Shown: positions 25,514 to 37,617 of the stretch, one piece after another
How positions within the stretch are numbered: the first letter of the stretch is position 1
How the letters are laid out: each line of letters opens with the position of its first letter
NCBI GenBank assembly: GCA_051313645.2
Contig: JBNRSN020000012.1
Coordinates: 81,282,001-81,346,000 of the forward strand
Direction: 5' to 3'
DNA: 64,000 nt
Source: Centroscyllium fabricii
Taxonomy: Eukaryota
Made by a program: the position numbers and the translations under genes
The notes under the pieces: model-generated
Seen by the model: only the letters and a program-made list of their open reading frames with translations
What the model was told of the DNA's origin: nothing
Database searches by the model: none

Positions 25514-26919
25514 TAAGATTTGGAAAAGAAAGCAAATTTGAAGTGCCTGCAATACATCTCCTGATTTATTAAACTAATGTAATATTTATGAAGCTTCCAA
25601 TCTGATGTCATTGTCTTGCAATACTTTGCTCTCTCTGGTGTGGAAATAATATGACAGTTGAGAAATACAGTCGCAGTCTCCCTTTTCCATTTACTCAAAA
25701 CGCTATCACTATGGTTGACAAATTAGCATAACTCTTTTATTACAGAAGAATTGTTGAGGCTGCTAGCGGACACGAGTAGAGGCTGAGACCGAATGGGTTA
25801 AACACAACTTGTTTTAATCACATCGCGTAACAGAGAGAGCGATTTGCACTCTTGCGTTCAAATATATACAGGAGAGGCTGCGTCATGACGTTAGCACGTG
25901 AGCGGGTATGGCTGCGTGATGACGTCAGCGCGCATACAGTTATGGCTGCATGATGATGTCAGCGCGTCAGCAGCCGGGCTCTGAGCGAGCAGAGTCTTGC
26001 AGGCGTGGTGCCTGGTAAAGTGTCTGTGGACGACGGAGTGGAATTGCCCGTTAAGTGGCGACCTGCCACAGAGCTCCCCGCAGAATCCACTTAGGAAGAG
26101 TGGACGAGGCGGTGCGGTGGTCTGATGGGCCAGCCGGAGCGGCTCTTGCGTGGCGTCGGTGGACGAGGAGAGGCCGGGCGAGTTGGTTGGCTGGGGGGTC
26201 ACACGCGTGGTGGTGGGCAGGCCACTGCAGTGGGTTCGCCGGGTTCAGTGTGTGCTGGCTTGAATCAGTTGATGGACACAGTTTCAGTTCTGTTGCCCAC
26301 CTGCAGTTTGAAGCACATGTCCCCCGCCTGTAGCACCTCGTAGGGCCCGTCGTATGGGGGTTGTAGAGGTCCGCGGTGAGCGTCATGGCGGATGAAGACG
26401 TACTGCGCCTGGTGCAGGCTAGGCAGGATGTGTGAGGTTGGTACGCCGTGCCGGGCCACGGGCACCGGGGTGAACTGTTGTGCCGAGGCGGCGAAGTCGA
26501 GGCGTTGCTGGTCGGATGACCAGGGCATTGTGGCGGTGGGCAGGAACTCGCCGGGTACGCGCAGCGGCTGGCCGTACACGAGTTCTGCTGCCAAAGCGTG
26601 GAGGTCCTCCTTGACCGCAGAGCGTAAGCCGAGCATAACCCATGGGAGGCGGCCTGTCCATGTATTGCCTTTAAGGCTGGCTCATAGGGAAGCCTTCATG
26701 GATCTGTGGAAACGTTCACACAGTCCGTTGGCTTGTGGGTGGTACGCCGTGGTGCGGTGTAAGGTAACCCCAAGGTTGTGAGCGACCGCAGTCCATAGTG
26801 CAGAGTTGAATGGAGGGCCTCTGTCCGATGTCATGTCGGCGGGGCCACCGAACCGGGCGACCCACGTGCTGACGAGGGTCCTGGCGAGGTCCGCCGTGGT
26901 GGTGGAGGCCAGTGGTATC

Positions 26920-27316
26920 ATAGAAACATAGAAGATAGGAGCAGGAGTAGGCCATTTGGCCCTTCGAGCCTGCTCCGCCATTCAATGAGATCATGGCTGA
27001 TCATCCAAACCCAGCACCCTGTCCCTGCCTTGTCCCCATATCCCTCTCGAGCCTGCACCGACACATATCCCACCCTATCCCCGTAACCCCACATATTCAA
27101 TCCCCCTAACACTAAGGGTCAATTTATCATGGCCAATCAACCTAACCCGCACATCTTTGGACTGTGGGAGGAAACCGAAGCACCCGGAGGAAACCAACGC
27201 AGACACGGAGAGAATGTGCAAACTCCACACAGATAGTACCCGAGGCTGGATTTGAACACGGGTCTCTAATGCTGTAAGGCAACAGTGCTAACCACTATGC
27301 CACCGTGCCCCCCGAA
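26920..27316 (-). mobile_element. HE1-like V-SINE inserted in the integrase of element C
   Basis: tRNA-like head (gggcacggtggcatagtggttagcact...gttcaaatcc), V-domain (tgtgtggagtttgcacattctc...tttcctccgggtgc) and CR1-type tail. GTATC duplicated at 26915-26919 and 27317-27321. Confidence 0.9.
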
Positions 27317-28452
27317 GTATCGCTTCGGGCCAGCGCGTGGTGCGGTCCACGGTGGTGAGCAAGTGGGTCTGGCCTTGTGATGGCAGCAGAGGCCCCACGA
27401 TGTCCACATGGACATGGTCGAATCGCCGTGCGGAAATGGCGAAACCCCCGAGGGGTGCTTTGATGTGCTGTTGCACCTTGGACCATTGGCAGGCAATGCA
27501 GGAGTTGGCCCAAGTACGCACATCTTTGCTGAGGCCGCACCAGACAAAACGGTTGGCCACCATTTTGATTGAAGCGTGGGTGCCGGGGTGGGACAGGCTG
27601 TGGACTATGTCAAAGACCCGCCACCGCCAGGGTGCCGGGACGACGGGCCTGGGTTGGGGCAGGGACACGTCGCATCTGACTGTGACCGCGGTAGGGCCGC
27701 AGGCGATGTCGGCCAACTGCAGGCAGGGCAGACTGGTGGGCGCGGAGAGCAGGTCAGGGTCTGTGAGCTGGTCCGCTGCAAGCTGGGCATAGTCGACTGC
27801 CAGGTGTATGGCATGGATGGCTGGGCGGGAGAGGCAGTCGGCTACCATGGTGTCTCTACTGGAGACGTGCTGGATGTCCGTGGTAAATTCGGACATGGCT
27901 GCGAGCTCGCGCTGCTGTCTGGCAGACCAGGGGTCGGTTGCCTTTGCTATCGCGAATGTCAGGGGTTTGTGGTCGACAAACGCGGTGAAGGGGTGGCCCT
28001 CCAGCAAGAATTGAAAATGGCGGACCGCCACGTACAGCGCGAGGAGCTCGCGGTCGAAGGTGCTGTATTTCACATCCGGGGGGCGCAGTTGGCGGCTGAA
28101 AAAGGCGAGGGGTTGCCAGGCACCGTCGACCCACTGCTCATACACGGCTCCAACCACGTGGTCGGAGACGTCTGTGGTGAGCGCTACTTTGGCGTTGGGC
28201 TGTGGATGTGTGAGCAGGGTGGCGTCGGCGAGTACCGATTTGGTGGGAGCGAAGGCGGCGGAGATGTCCGTCGTCCATTCGACCACTATTTTGCCGCTCT
28301 TGCCTCGGAGGGCCCATGAGGGATGCCGCTTTGGGGATGAAGCGGTTGTAAAAGTTCACCTTACCTAGGAACTCTTGGAGGCCCTTGATGGTGTTGGGGC
28401 GGGGGAACTGCTGGACGGCCTGCACATTGGTGGGCAGTAAGTCGATGCGGTC

Positions 28453-28732
28453 CAATTAAATTCAATTCAATTCAATTCAATTCAATTTTATTGTCATTGC
28501 AGTGTACTGGTACAATACAACGAAACGTAGACTTGCCGCTCCCGAGAGTAGTGCAAATACGTTACATGGGCTGCATACAATAAAGTACATTTCAGGTGTG
28601 CAGATAATGGAATTTTTTGTTAGAGTTCAGGAGACTGACAGCCCTGTGGAAGAAGCTGTTCTTGAATCTGGTCGTGTGGGTGCCAATTGATCTGTAGCAT
28701 CTCCCGGAGGGCAGGGGGGAGAACAGACTATG
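28453..28732 (-). mobile_element. Rex1/Babar-like LINE 3' end inserted in the RT of element C
   Basis: HSLFSPLPSGRCYRSIGTHTTRFKNSFFHRAVSLLN followed by a (TTGAA)n tail. Confidence 0.8.
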
Positions 28733-29565
28733 GCTGAACTGACACTTGGCCGGGCTGAGGATGAGCCCATGTTCGCTGAGGCGCCTGAACAGGGTTCTAA
28801 GGTGTTCGAGGTGCTCCTGTTTGGAGGAGCTGGCTACCAGGATGTCGTCCAGGTAAACGAACAGGAACTTCAGGTCCCATAGGACCGAATCCATTTGCCG
28901 CAGCAATGCCTGGGCTGTGTTTTTGAGGCTGAAGGGCATTCTCAGGAACTCGAACAGGCCGAAGGGGGTGATTACGGCCGTCTTGGGGATGTCGTTGGCG
29001 TGGACGGGGACTTGGTGGTATCTGCGCGCCAGGTCGACTTTGGAGAAGACTGAGCAGCCGGCCAGTCTAGCCGAAAAGTCCTGAATGTGTGGTACAGGGT
29101 ACCAAACAGGTGTGGTGGCGTCGTTAAGGCGGCGGTAATCCCCGCAGCGGCGCCTGTTTGGGGGCAATGTGGAGTGGGGAGGCCCAGGGCTGTTGGAGCG
29201 GCGGATGATACCGAGTTGCTCCATCATGTCGAACTCGTTCCGCGCAATCTCCAGTTTGGCCGGGCCAGCCTGCGGGCGTGGGCATGTACTGGCGGCCCTG
29301 TGGTGGGGATGAAATGTTCCACCATGTGCTTGGTGACCTTAGCTGTGAAGGTCAGGTTGGTGAGGGCCGGAAATTCAGCCAGGAGTGCCGAGTAGTTGCC
29401 CGTGGTCCGGACGCGGCACTGTGCCGCCATGTCGGCGGGCTGGGCAGGGGCCATGGCGCCAGGGATGGGGGACATGGTGTTCATGTCCACAAGGCGGTGC
29501 CGGAGCATGTCAACCAGTAGTCCGTGTGCGCACAGGAAGTCCGCACCGAGGAGGGGTGAGAGTTA

Positions 29566-32019
29566 TGTAGCAGAGCCACTAGGGGGAGACATCCCGAGCT
29601 CCCCAAAGAGTCAGAATCCTCATTACAGAGTTGGTCCCGCCCCTGTTTCCCCATTTGTGAGTTGTACCAACATTTCTGGTCCCTGATTGGTCCTGTGGGC
29701 TGTCCGTCAAAAGCCCCATCATGCTTTGCGTTTTTCACGCCTTTTGTTAACAGTCGTTTTCTGGATCGACCCAATAAAGACCTGTTTTTGTTTGCTCTGC
29801 ATTTCTCAACGTTATTATTGATTTCGACAAGTAGCGAATTGCCTTTCCCTACAATTGGTGACCCCTAATGTCAGCCCCTGAAGGTGCTGACCTGAACGCG
29901 AGCCCCGAGGCCAGGCAACGCGAAAGGCCGTCGACAATCAGCCTCCCCGCATTTTGGGAGCACCAGGCAGCCGCTTGGTTTTTGCAGACAGAGGCCCAGT
30001 TCCAGCTCAAGCGCCTCGATAGCGATGAGGACCGCAACCTCCTTGTCGTTTCGGCTCTGCCTAGCCACGTTGCTGCCGACATCGTGGACCTGCTGCGGGA
30101 CCCGCCTCAAACTAACAGGTACGCTGCCATTAAGAGCCGACTGCTCCAGGCTCATGACTCACCAGAAGATGTAAGAGCCCGGCAACTCCTCGAACTTTCG
30201 GAGTTAGGCGACTCCACACCTACGCGCCTGATGAATCGCATGCTAGCCGTCCTCGGGGACCACAAAGACTGCCCTTTGTTTCGGGCGCTATTTATCAATC
30301 TGCTCCCACAACCTGTGCAATTGGCATTAGTGAATGTTAGAGGCGGGACCTACGCCGAACTGGCCACCACTGCGGACCGCGTTTGCCTTTGCGCACCCAC
30401 TAATTGTGCATCCATGAGGCTCGCAGCCCCTACGCAACGGGCAACGCCTCCATCCCAGCCGGGACTCTGTTATTACCATGCACGCTTCGGCCCGAAGGCT
30501 CATCGCTGCCGACCGCCTTGTTCATTCGACGGCAAAGAGGTTGGGCCCAAACCTCACGCTCTGACCCCGCACAGCCACCAGGGCCCAGCTGCAGCAAACT
30601 GTCCGGACGGAAGTTCCTCTCTGACACCGGGGCTCAATGCAGCATTCTGCCAGCTACGCAGCTCGATCGACAAGCAGGCCGCAGTGGCCCACCTCTCGTG
30701 GCGGTGAATCGCGCAGCCATAGACACTTTCGGAAAGCAGCTGGCGGAGATTCGCCTGGGTGGCCAACGGTTTACCTGGGATTTCGTTACAGCCAACATGG
30801 AACATCCATTGCTGGGCGCGGATTTCCTGTGTGTCCATGGCCTGCTCATGGACGTCCGGGGCAGACGCCTCATGGACGCGTCTACCTTTACCTCCCTGCC
30901 CTGCCAGCGGAGCGACAGCCAACCCCTCGTGGGCTCCTGCTCTCCTCCTCTTCACGACAAATACGCGCGCCTACTGGCCGAGTTCCCTACTATTACACAG
31001 CCGATCTTTTCCGAGGTGGTGGCCAAACACGGCCCGACATCATATCGCCACGACTGGCCCACCAGTTTTTGCTCGAGCCAGGCGTCTTGACCCCACCAAT
31101 TTGGCGGTCGCCAAGCAGGAATTCTCGGCCATGGAAAAGTTGGGTATATTTCGCCCTTCGAACAGCCCGTGGTCGTCCCCGCTCCACATCGTTCCCAAGC
31201 CCGGTGGCGGCTGGCGACCGTGTGGTGACTACAGGTGCCTCAATGACACCACCACGCTGGACTGATACCCGGTGCCACACATTCAAGACTTTTCAGCCCA
31301 TTTGGCGGGCAAAACAGTTTTCTCAAAAGTCGACCTCAACCGACGATACCACCAGGTCCCTGTCCATCCGGACGACGTCCAAAAGACAGCAGTGATTACA
31401 CCTTTTGGACTTTTTAAATTCCTACATACGCCCTTCGGTTTGAAGAATGCGGCACAGGTTTTCCAACGGTTGGTGGACTCTGTTCTTCGGGACTTGGACT
31501 TTTTATTTGTATACCTCGATGACATGTTGGTTGCTAGCGCAGATGAACCTCAACATGTTGTGCATTTGCGTGCTCTTTTTCAGAGATTGGCCCATCATGG
31601 CCTAATTGCAAACCTGGTTAAATGTCAATTCGGCCTTGCAGCTATTGATTTTTTAGGGCATCACATCTTCCCGGCGGCAGCCATCACCTTACCCTCTAAG
31701 GTTAAAGTGATCACTGATTTGCCCCAGCCCAGCACGGTTAAGGCACTCCAGGAATTTCTGGGAATGGTAAATTTTTATCACCGGTTCATTCCAGGGCCGC
31801 CTCCATCATGCGTCCCCTGTATGAGGTCACCAGGGGCAAGACAGGCAATGATAGTCTTCAGTGGTCAGCCGCAATGGCTGAGGCTTTTTGCCTCGCTAAG
31901 TCAGCCCTGGCTGAAGCCACCCTTTTGACCCAGCCCACCCCGGGCACCCCACTGTCGCTCATGACGGACGCCTCGGATCATTCCATTGGCGCCGTTCAGC
32001 AACAATGGGTTGACGGCTC
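29566..32019 (+). mobile_element. Gypsy family B copy 1 (CsRN1-like), 5' half: LTR 29566-29853, PBS, gag, PR, RT
   Basis: TG...CA LTR; tggtgacccc at 29856 matches the start of the tRNA-Trp PBS; gag CHCC motif CYYHARFGPKAHRCRPPC; FLSDTGAQ; VYLDDML; breaks off in RNase H. Confidence 0.9.
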
Positions 32020-35000
32020 GCCTCCAGCGGCCCACCATGTGCGACCCCAGGGCGCCGCCATCTTGTCTCCAGCGGCCCGCCATGTGTGACCCCTCGGCGC
32101 CGCCATTTTGTCTCCAGGGCCCCACCATGTGCGAGCCAGGGGCGCCGCCATTTTGTGTACAGCCCCAACCAGCAGGGGGCCCCCACACACAAAGGCACAC
32201 TTCGGCCTCAGCCATACCCAAAGTGGACCAGGCTAGGCCACACAATCTTTCAAATTCGATCATGCCAATTAAAATAAACGGCCATATTACCGATTGCCTG
32301 TTCGATACTGGATGCACGGAGAGATTTGTGCACCCCGATACAGTGCAGCGCTGCGGACTGCAGATCCTGCCCACAAACTACCAAGTGTCCCTTGCTTCAA
32401 AGTCCCACACCGCGGACGTCACCGGCTACTGCTCCGTCATGCTCACAGTCAAGGGGTGCGTGTACCGTAGTTTTAAATTGTACACCCTCCAGCAGTTGTG
32501 TGCCCCAGCCTTACTAGGTCTGGATTTCCAGTGCCACCTCAAGAGCGTGACAATGGAGTTCGGCGGGACCTTGCCCCCCTCAACGTCAGTAGCCGGGACA
32601 GTCCCTTCCCAAAGCGGAGCCCGGCCTGCGGCCTCTCCACCCTGAAAATCGACCGCCCCTCACTGTTCGCCAACCTCGACCCCAAGTGCAAACCTATTGC
32701 GACAAAGAGTCGGCGGTACAGTGTGGGGGATCGCACGTTTATCAGGTCGGAGGTCGGGCGTATGCTGAAGGAGGGGATAATGGAAGCCAGCACCAGCCCC
32801 TGGCGGGCCCAGGTAGTAGTGGTGAAGTCTGGCGAGAAACAGCGGCTGGTTATCGATTACAGCCAGACTATCAACCGCTACACCGGGATCGACGCCTACC
32901 CCCTCCCCCGCATCTCGAACATGGTCAATCAGATCGCCCAATATAAGGTGTTCTCCACGATCGACCTTAAGTCGGCGTATCACCAACTCCCGATCCGGAA
33001 AGCCGACCGCCCGTACACCGGCTTCGAGGCGAACGGTCGGCTCTACCACTTCCTCCGGGTCCCCTTCGGCGTGACCAACGGAGTGTCAGTGTTCCAACGG
33101 GAGATGGACCGCATGGTTGACCAGAACGAGTTGCGGGCCACCTTCCCTTACCCGGACAACGTGACCATCTGCGGCCACGACCAGCAGGACCACGATGCCA
33201 ATCTGGCCAAATTCCTTGACTCGGCGGATAAGCTGGACCTCACGTATAACAAAGACAAATGTGTCTTTAATACAGACCGGCTCGCCATCCTCGGATACGT
33301 GGTGGAGAATGGGGTCCTCGGCCCCGACCCACAGCGTATGCGCCCCCTTCAAGAACTGACCCTACCTCACAACCCCAAAGCCTTGAGGAGATGCCTAGGA
33401 TTTTTCTCCTACTACGCACAATGGGTCCCGCAGTTCGCGGACAAGGCTAGACCACTCCTCAAGGCTGCCGTCTTCCCCCTCTCGGTAGAAGCCCAAACGG
33501 CATTCGCCCGGATAAAGGAAGACATCATCAAGGCGACCATGCTCGCTGTTGATGAATCCATTCCCTTCCAGGTGGAGAGCGACGCCTCGGACTTTGCCCT
33601 TGCTGCCACCCTGAATCAGGCAGGCAGGCCCGTGGCGTTTTTCTCCCGCACCCTACAGGGACCCGAAACTCGCCACTCTGCAGTGGAAAAAGAGGCCCAG
33701 GCCATCGTGGAGGCCGTGCGCTACTGGCGTCATTACCTGGCCGGTAAGTGTTTTACCCTTCTCACCGACCAACGGTCGGTGGCATTTATGTTTAATAATA
33801 AACAGAAGGGTAAGATCAAGAATGATAAGATCCTGCGGTGGCGGATCGAACTCTCGACTAACGAGTACGACATTCTTTACCGACCAGGTAAACTCAATGA
33901 ACCCCCGGACGCACTGTCCAGGGGAACGTGCGCCAGTGCCCAGCTAGACCGGCTGAAGGACCTCCACGACCGCCTTTGCCACCCGGGTGCCACCAGACTC
34001 GCCCACTTTGTTAGATCCTGTAGCCTCCCCTACTCCATCACGGAGATCAAGGCTATGACCCGAGAGTGCCCCGTTTGCGCCGAGTGCAAACCCCAATTTT
34101 TCTGGCCAGACACGGTGCACCTCATCAAGGCCACCCGCCCCTTTGAACGTCTCAGCGTAGACTCCAAATGCCCCCTCCCCACCACCGACCGCAACTCATA
34201 CTTCCTCACGGTCGTAGATGAGTTCTCCCGCTTCCCCTTCACCTTCCCCTGCCCAGATATGACGAGCGCAACGGTGATAAAACACTTCACCACGCTGGTC
34301 GCCATTTTCGGTCTCCCCAGCTACATCCATAGCGACCGGGGGTCATCGTTCATGAGCGATGAACTGCGTCAGTTTCTGCTCCTGAAAGGGGTTGCCACGA
34401 GCAGAACGACCAGTTATAACCCCCGGGGGAATGGCCAGGTAGAAAGGGAGAATGGGATCATCTGGAAGGCGGTCACCCTGGCTCTGAAGTCCAGAGGCCT
34501 TCCAGTGGCCCATTGGCAGGCAGTCCTCCCAGACGCGAAGCACTCTATACACTCTCTCCTGTGTACGGCCACTAACGCCACCCCTCATGACTTGATTTTT
34601 TCCTTCCCCAGGAAGTCGACTTCGGGGACAGCTCTTCCTCCATGGCTCACGACACCGGGGCCGGTCTTCCTTAGGAAACACGTCCGTGGCCACAAGACCG
34701 ACCCCCTGGTGGACAAGGTGCAGCTCCCGCATGCGAACCCGCAATATGCCTTCGTGCAGTTCCCGGACGGGCGTGAGGACAACGTATCCATCATGGACCT
34801 GGCGCCCGCAGGAAGCACCGCAGCAGATCCCCTGGTCGGGCAGCAGCCCGCCCAGCCACAGTATCTAGAACACCCTCTACATCTACGATGGCCTCCGAGT
34901 TTTCCAGAGCCCCAGCCGTGGCCAGCCCAAGACCACCATTCCGATGGCTCGGACCATTTGAGACCACCAGCATCTGAAATCACGGCACCAGAGCCGCTGT

Positions 35001-35430
35001 CATCACCACCGGACTCGAGCAGTGCGGAACACGAGGAACCTTTATCGGAGCCCCGGCGGTCCTCCAGGCTGACACGGCCGCCGGACAGGCTCATATTGAA
35101 CTGCTCTGTCCTTTCACCCTGCCGGACTTAAAATTTTCAAGAAGGGGTGAATGTGGTAACCCATATTGTACATACTATTTACCACTGTATTATTGTCGCC
35201 AACAATTGGCTTTGTGTGATACACAGCCCTGTAATACTGTCGTGGAGCCAGGTCAGCCACACCTCTAACTCCTCCCCCAGGTGAGGCCTTTATAGGTGAG
35301 GACTGACCGAGGCTCCCTCATTCTGTTCTGATGTTCGTTCGGAGGATAGCTCCAATGTAAGTTAATAAAAGCCTTTAGTTACGGTAATTACTCGTCCAGT
35401 CTTTTATTAAGACCAATTGACGTTACGTCA
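32020..35430 (+). mobile_element. Gypsy family A copy 2, 5'-truncated, with 3' LTR 35152-35430
   Basis: ORFs 31986-32645 and 32498-35131 are highly similar to copy 1 (FDTGC, YPDN, SDASD, integrase). PPT, then tgtggtaacc...ttgacgttacgtca. Confidence 0.93.
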
Positions 35431-36243
35431 CCTTGGCTGCGATAAGCTCCCATTGGTAGCGGTGACCGATGAGGTCGATTGTGACTGTGCGGGTGCCATG
35501 CGTCCAGATGTCTGACCCGTTTGCAGCAGCGAGTGCCGGTCCTCGTGCGCCCTTTTGAATTTTGAGGACGGAGGCGGGGATGATGCTGTGCTGCGCACCG
35601 TTGTCGCACAGGAAACGGCGGCAAGTTTTGCCATCCGTGATGTAAGTATTGGGCCCACGTGCCCCACGGCCATGGTAGGGGTCAGTGTGAGGGCGCGTTT
35701 GAAGGTGCAGCGCTGTGTGCACCGTTGCGCCTGATGCCGAACCATGCGTGGTAGTAACACTACCCCGGGTTCGGAGGGCTCGAGGGTCGCGTGGCCGTGT
35801 GAAGGGTGCGGCGGAGCCCGCCGTGGCTGTGGCCGCCATGTCGGGGATGGTGTCGCGGCTGGATTGGGCGGACAGGAGCTTGTCGGCCTCATCGGCAAGA
35901 GCAGCCAGGTCCTTTTGGTCAGCCGCCACGATGGTGGGCCAGATGCTGGGGGGTAGCTGGCGGATGAATAACGCTCGGAAGAGGGAGCTGGGCTCTGGGC
36001 GAGCAGAGTCTTGCAGGCGTGGTGCCTGGTAAAGTGTCTGTGGACGACGGAGTGGATTCGCCCGTTTAGGTGGCGACCCGCCACAGAATAATCGTTAAGT
36101 ACAACTGATTTCAAGTTACTATAACTTGTATGTTTTTATATCCGCGTATTTAGATCTGGGATTCTATATATTGGTCGTAACCAGAGATATTTTTTTGTTC
36201 ACATATAGGATTGCACCATTAATAATAAAAACAAAACTATGTA

Positions 36244-36589
36244 CAGGTACACAATCCCTTAACGGCACATCCGAAAACCGAAAAGCTCCGAAAACTGAAA
36301 ACCCGAGTTGCGCCAAAATAACTATTTTTTTCTTAAATAAGTTGAAGGAAGTGACAAGCTGCAGCATTTATCAGTGAGAAAAAAGATATTTTTACCTTAA
36401 GGCAAGGTTACAGGTTGCTGTTGATGCCGTGCTGAGGAAATAAACCATCAATATGTCGTTCCCCGACTGTGAACTGGGCCGCAAACACGGAAATGCGCAT
36501 GCGCACTGGGCACCATCCAAAAACCGAGAAATCCTGAAAACCGAGACCCATCCAGTCCCACGGGTTTCGGATAAGGGATTGTGTACCTG
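36244..36589. mobile_element. Tc1/mariner (Tigger-like) MITE
   Basis: TIRs caggtacacaatccctta / taagggattgtgtacctg with TA on both sides. Confidence 0.9.
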
Positions 36590-37617
36590 TATTACTAAAG
36601 ATAAAAGGCATCCTTTCAAGTTAACCATCAGCCGTTTTGTCTCAATTTAATGGAACACTTATTGGTGCGTCAATCCTCAGTGCCACAGAGCAGAGGGAAA
36701 AGACACTGATTTCTCTGTGGTATTGAGTTCCCAAGCTCCGGCCATGGGGAAACACTGAGAAGATGCCAGGCTTCACTCTGTGGGAATGAAAAGCAGTTGA
36801 GTCTCTGCAAGGATTCTCTCACATGTCGTCTGGCACCTAACCAAAGCCTGGCATTCGGCAGCTACTTCATCTATTTTGCACACAAGTGATTGAATTTATT
36901 AAATTAATGCAATATTTATGAAGCTTCCAATCTGGTGTTATTGTCTTGCAATAATTTAATCTCTCTGGTGTGGAAAGTAATATGACAGATGAGAAATCCA
37001 GTCACAGTCTCCCTTTTCCTTTTAATCAAAATGCTATCACTGTGGTCAACTGGAACAAGCTAACATAATTCTTTTATGAAAGAAGAAGAATCATTAAACA
37101 CAACCAGTATCTTTTTTCCATCTGTATATTTGGACCTGGGATTCTACGGCCGGAAGTTTGCCTACCTGGGCGGGTCTGGTGCGGCCGGTGTCCATGGCAG
37201 GTCGCGACCCCGCTGCTGGCTCTATCCCACTGTTGAAAATTAACTTATCTTAATGGGGCCTTAATGGCCCAGCGCGTTACCCAGCCCAATGAGATGGAGC
37301 GGGTCTGGTGACGTCATTCATGATGCGTTTTCATCCGAGATCCTTAAAGGGACCACGGCCACGTTACATTTGAAGTTTAATCTAACATCGTGGTGTGGGG
37401 TGGTGCCAACCTGGCACATCATGCGGCAGCCATATGAGTGTTTTTTGTTTATTCATTGATGGGATGTGGGCGTCGCTGGCTGGCTAGGCCTGCATTTAGT
37501 GCCCATCCCTAATTGTCCTTGAGAAGATGGTGGTGAGCTGCCTTCTTGCTTATTGTTTTTCGTAGCGGTTGTTTACAACTGAGTGGCATGCTAGGCCATT
37601 TCAGAGGGCATTAAGAG

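Larger units (their letters stand above)
25752..36085 (-). mobile_element. Gypsy element C (CsRN1-like), degenerate host of several nested insertions; 3' LTR 25752-26070, 5' LTR remnant about 35989-36085
   Basis: 4-bp TSD GAAT at 25748-25751 and 36086-36089; the LTR pieces match each other. Protease RRFLCDNGAQHS (35431-35990); RT CGDYRRLN...VYLDDILV; RNase H TTDVSD; integrase HVDIVGPL...TSDRG...NGLCER. Confidence 0.9.

Noticed and set aside
27240-27316. tRNA gene (also about 55880-55950)
   Set aside because: A and B boxes are present but run straight into the V-domain and CR1 tail, so these are SINE heads.
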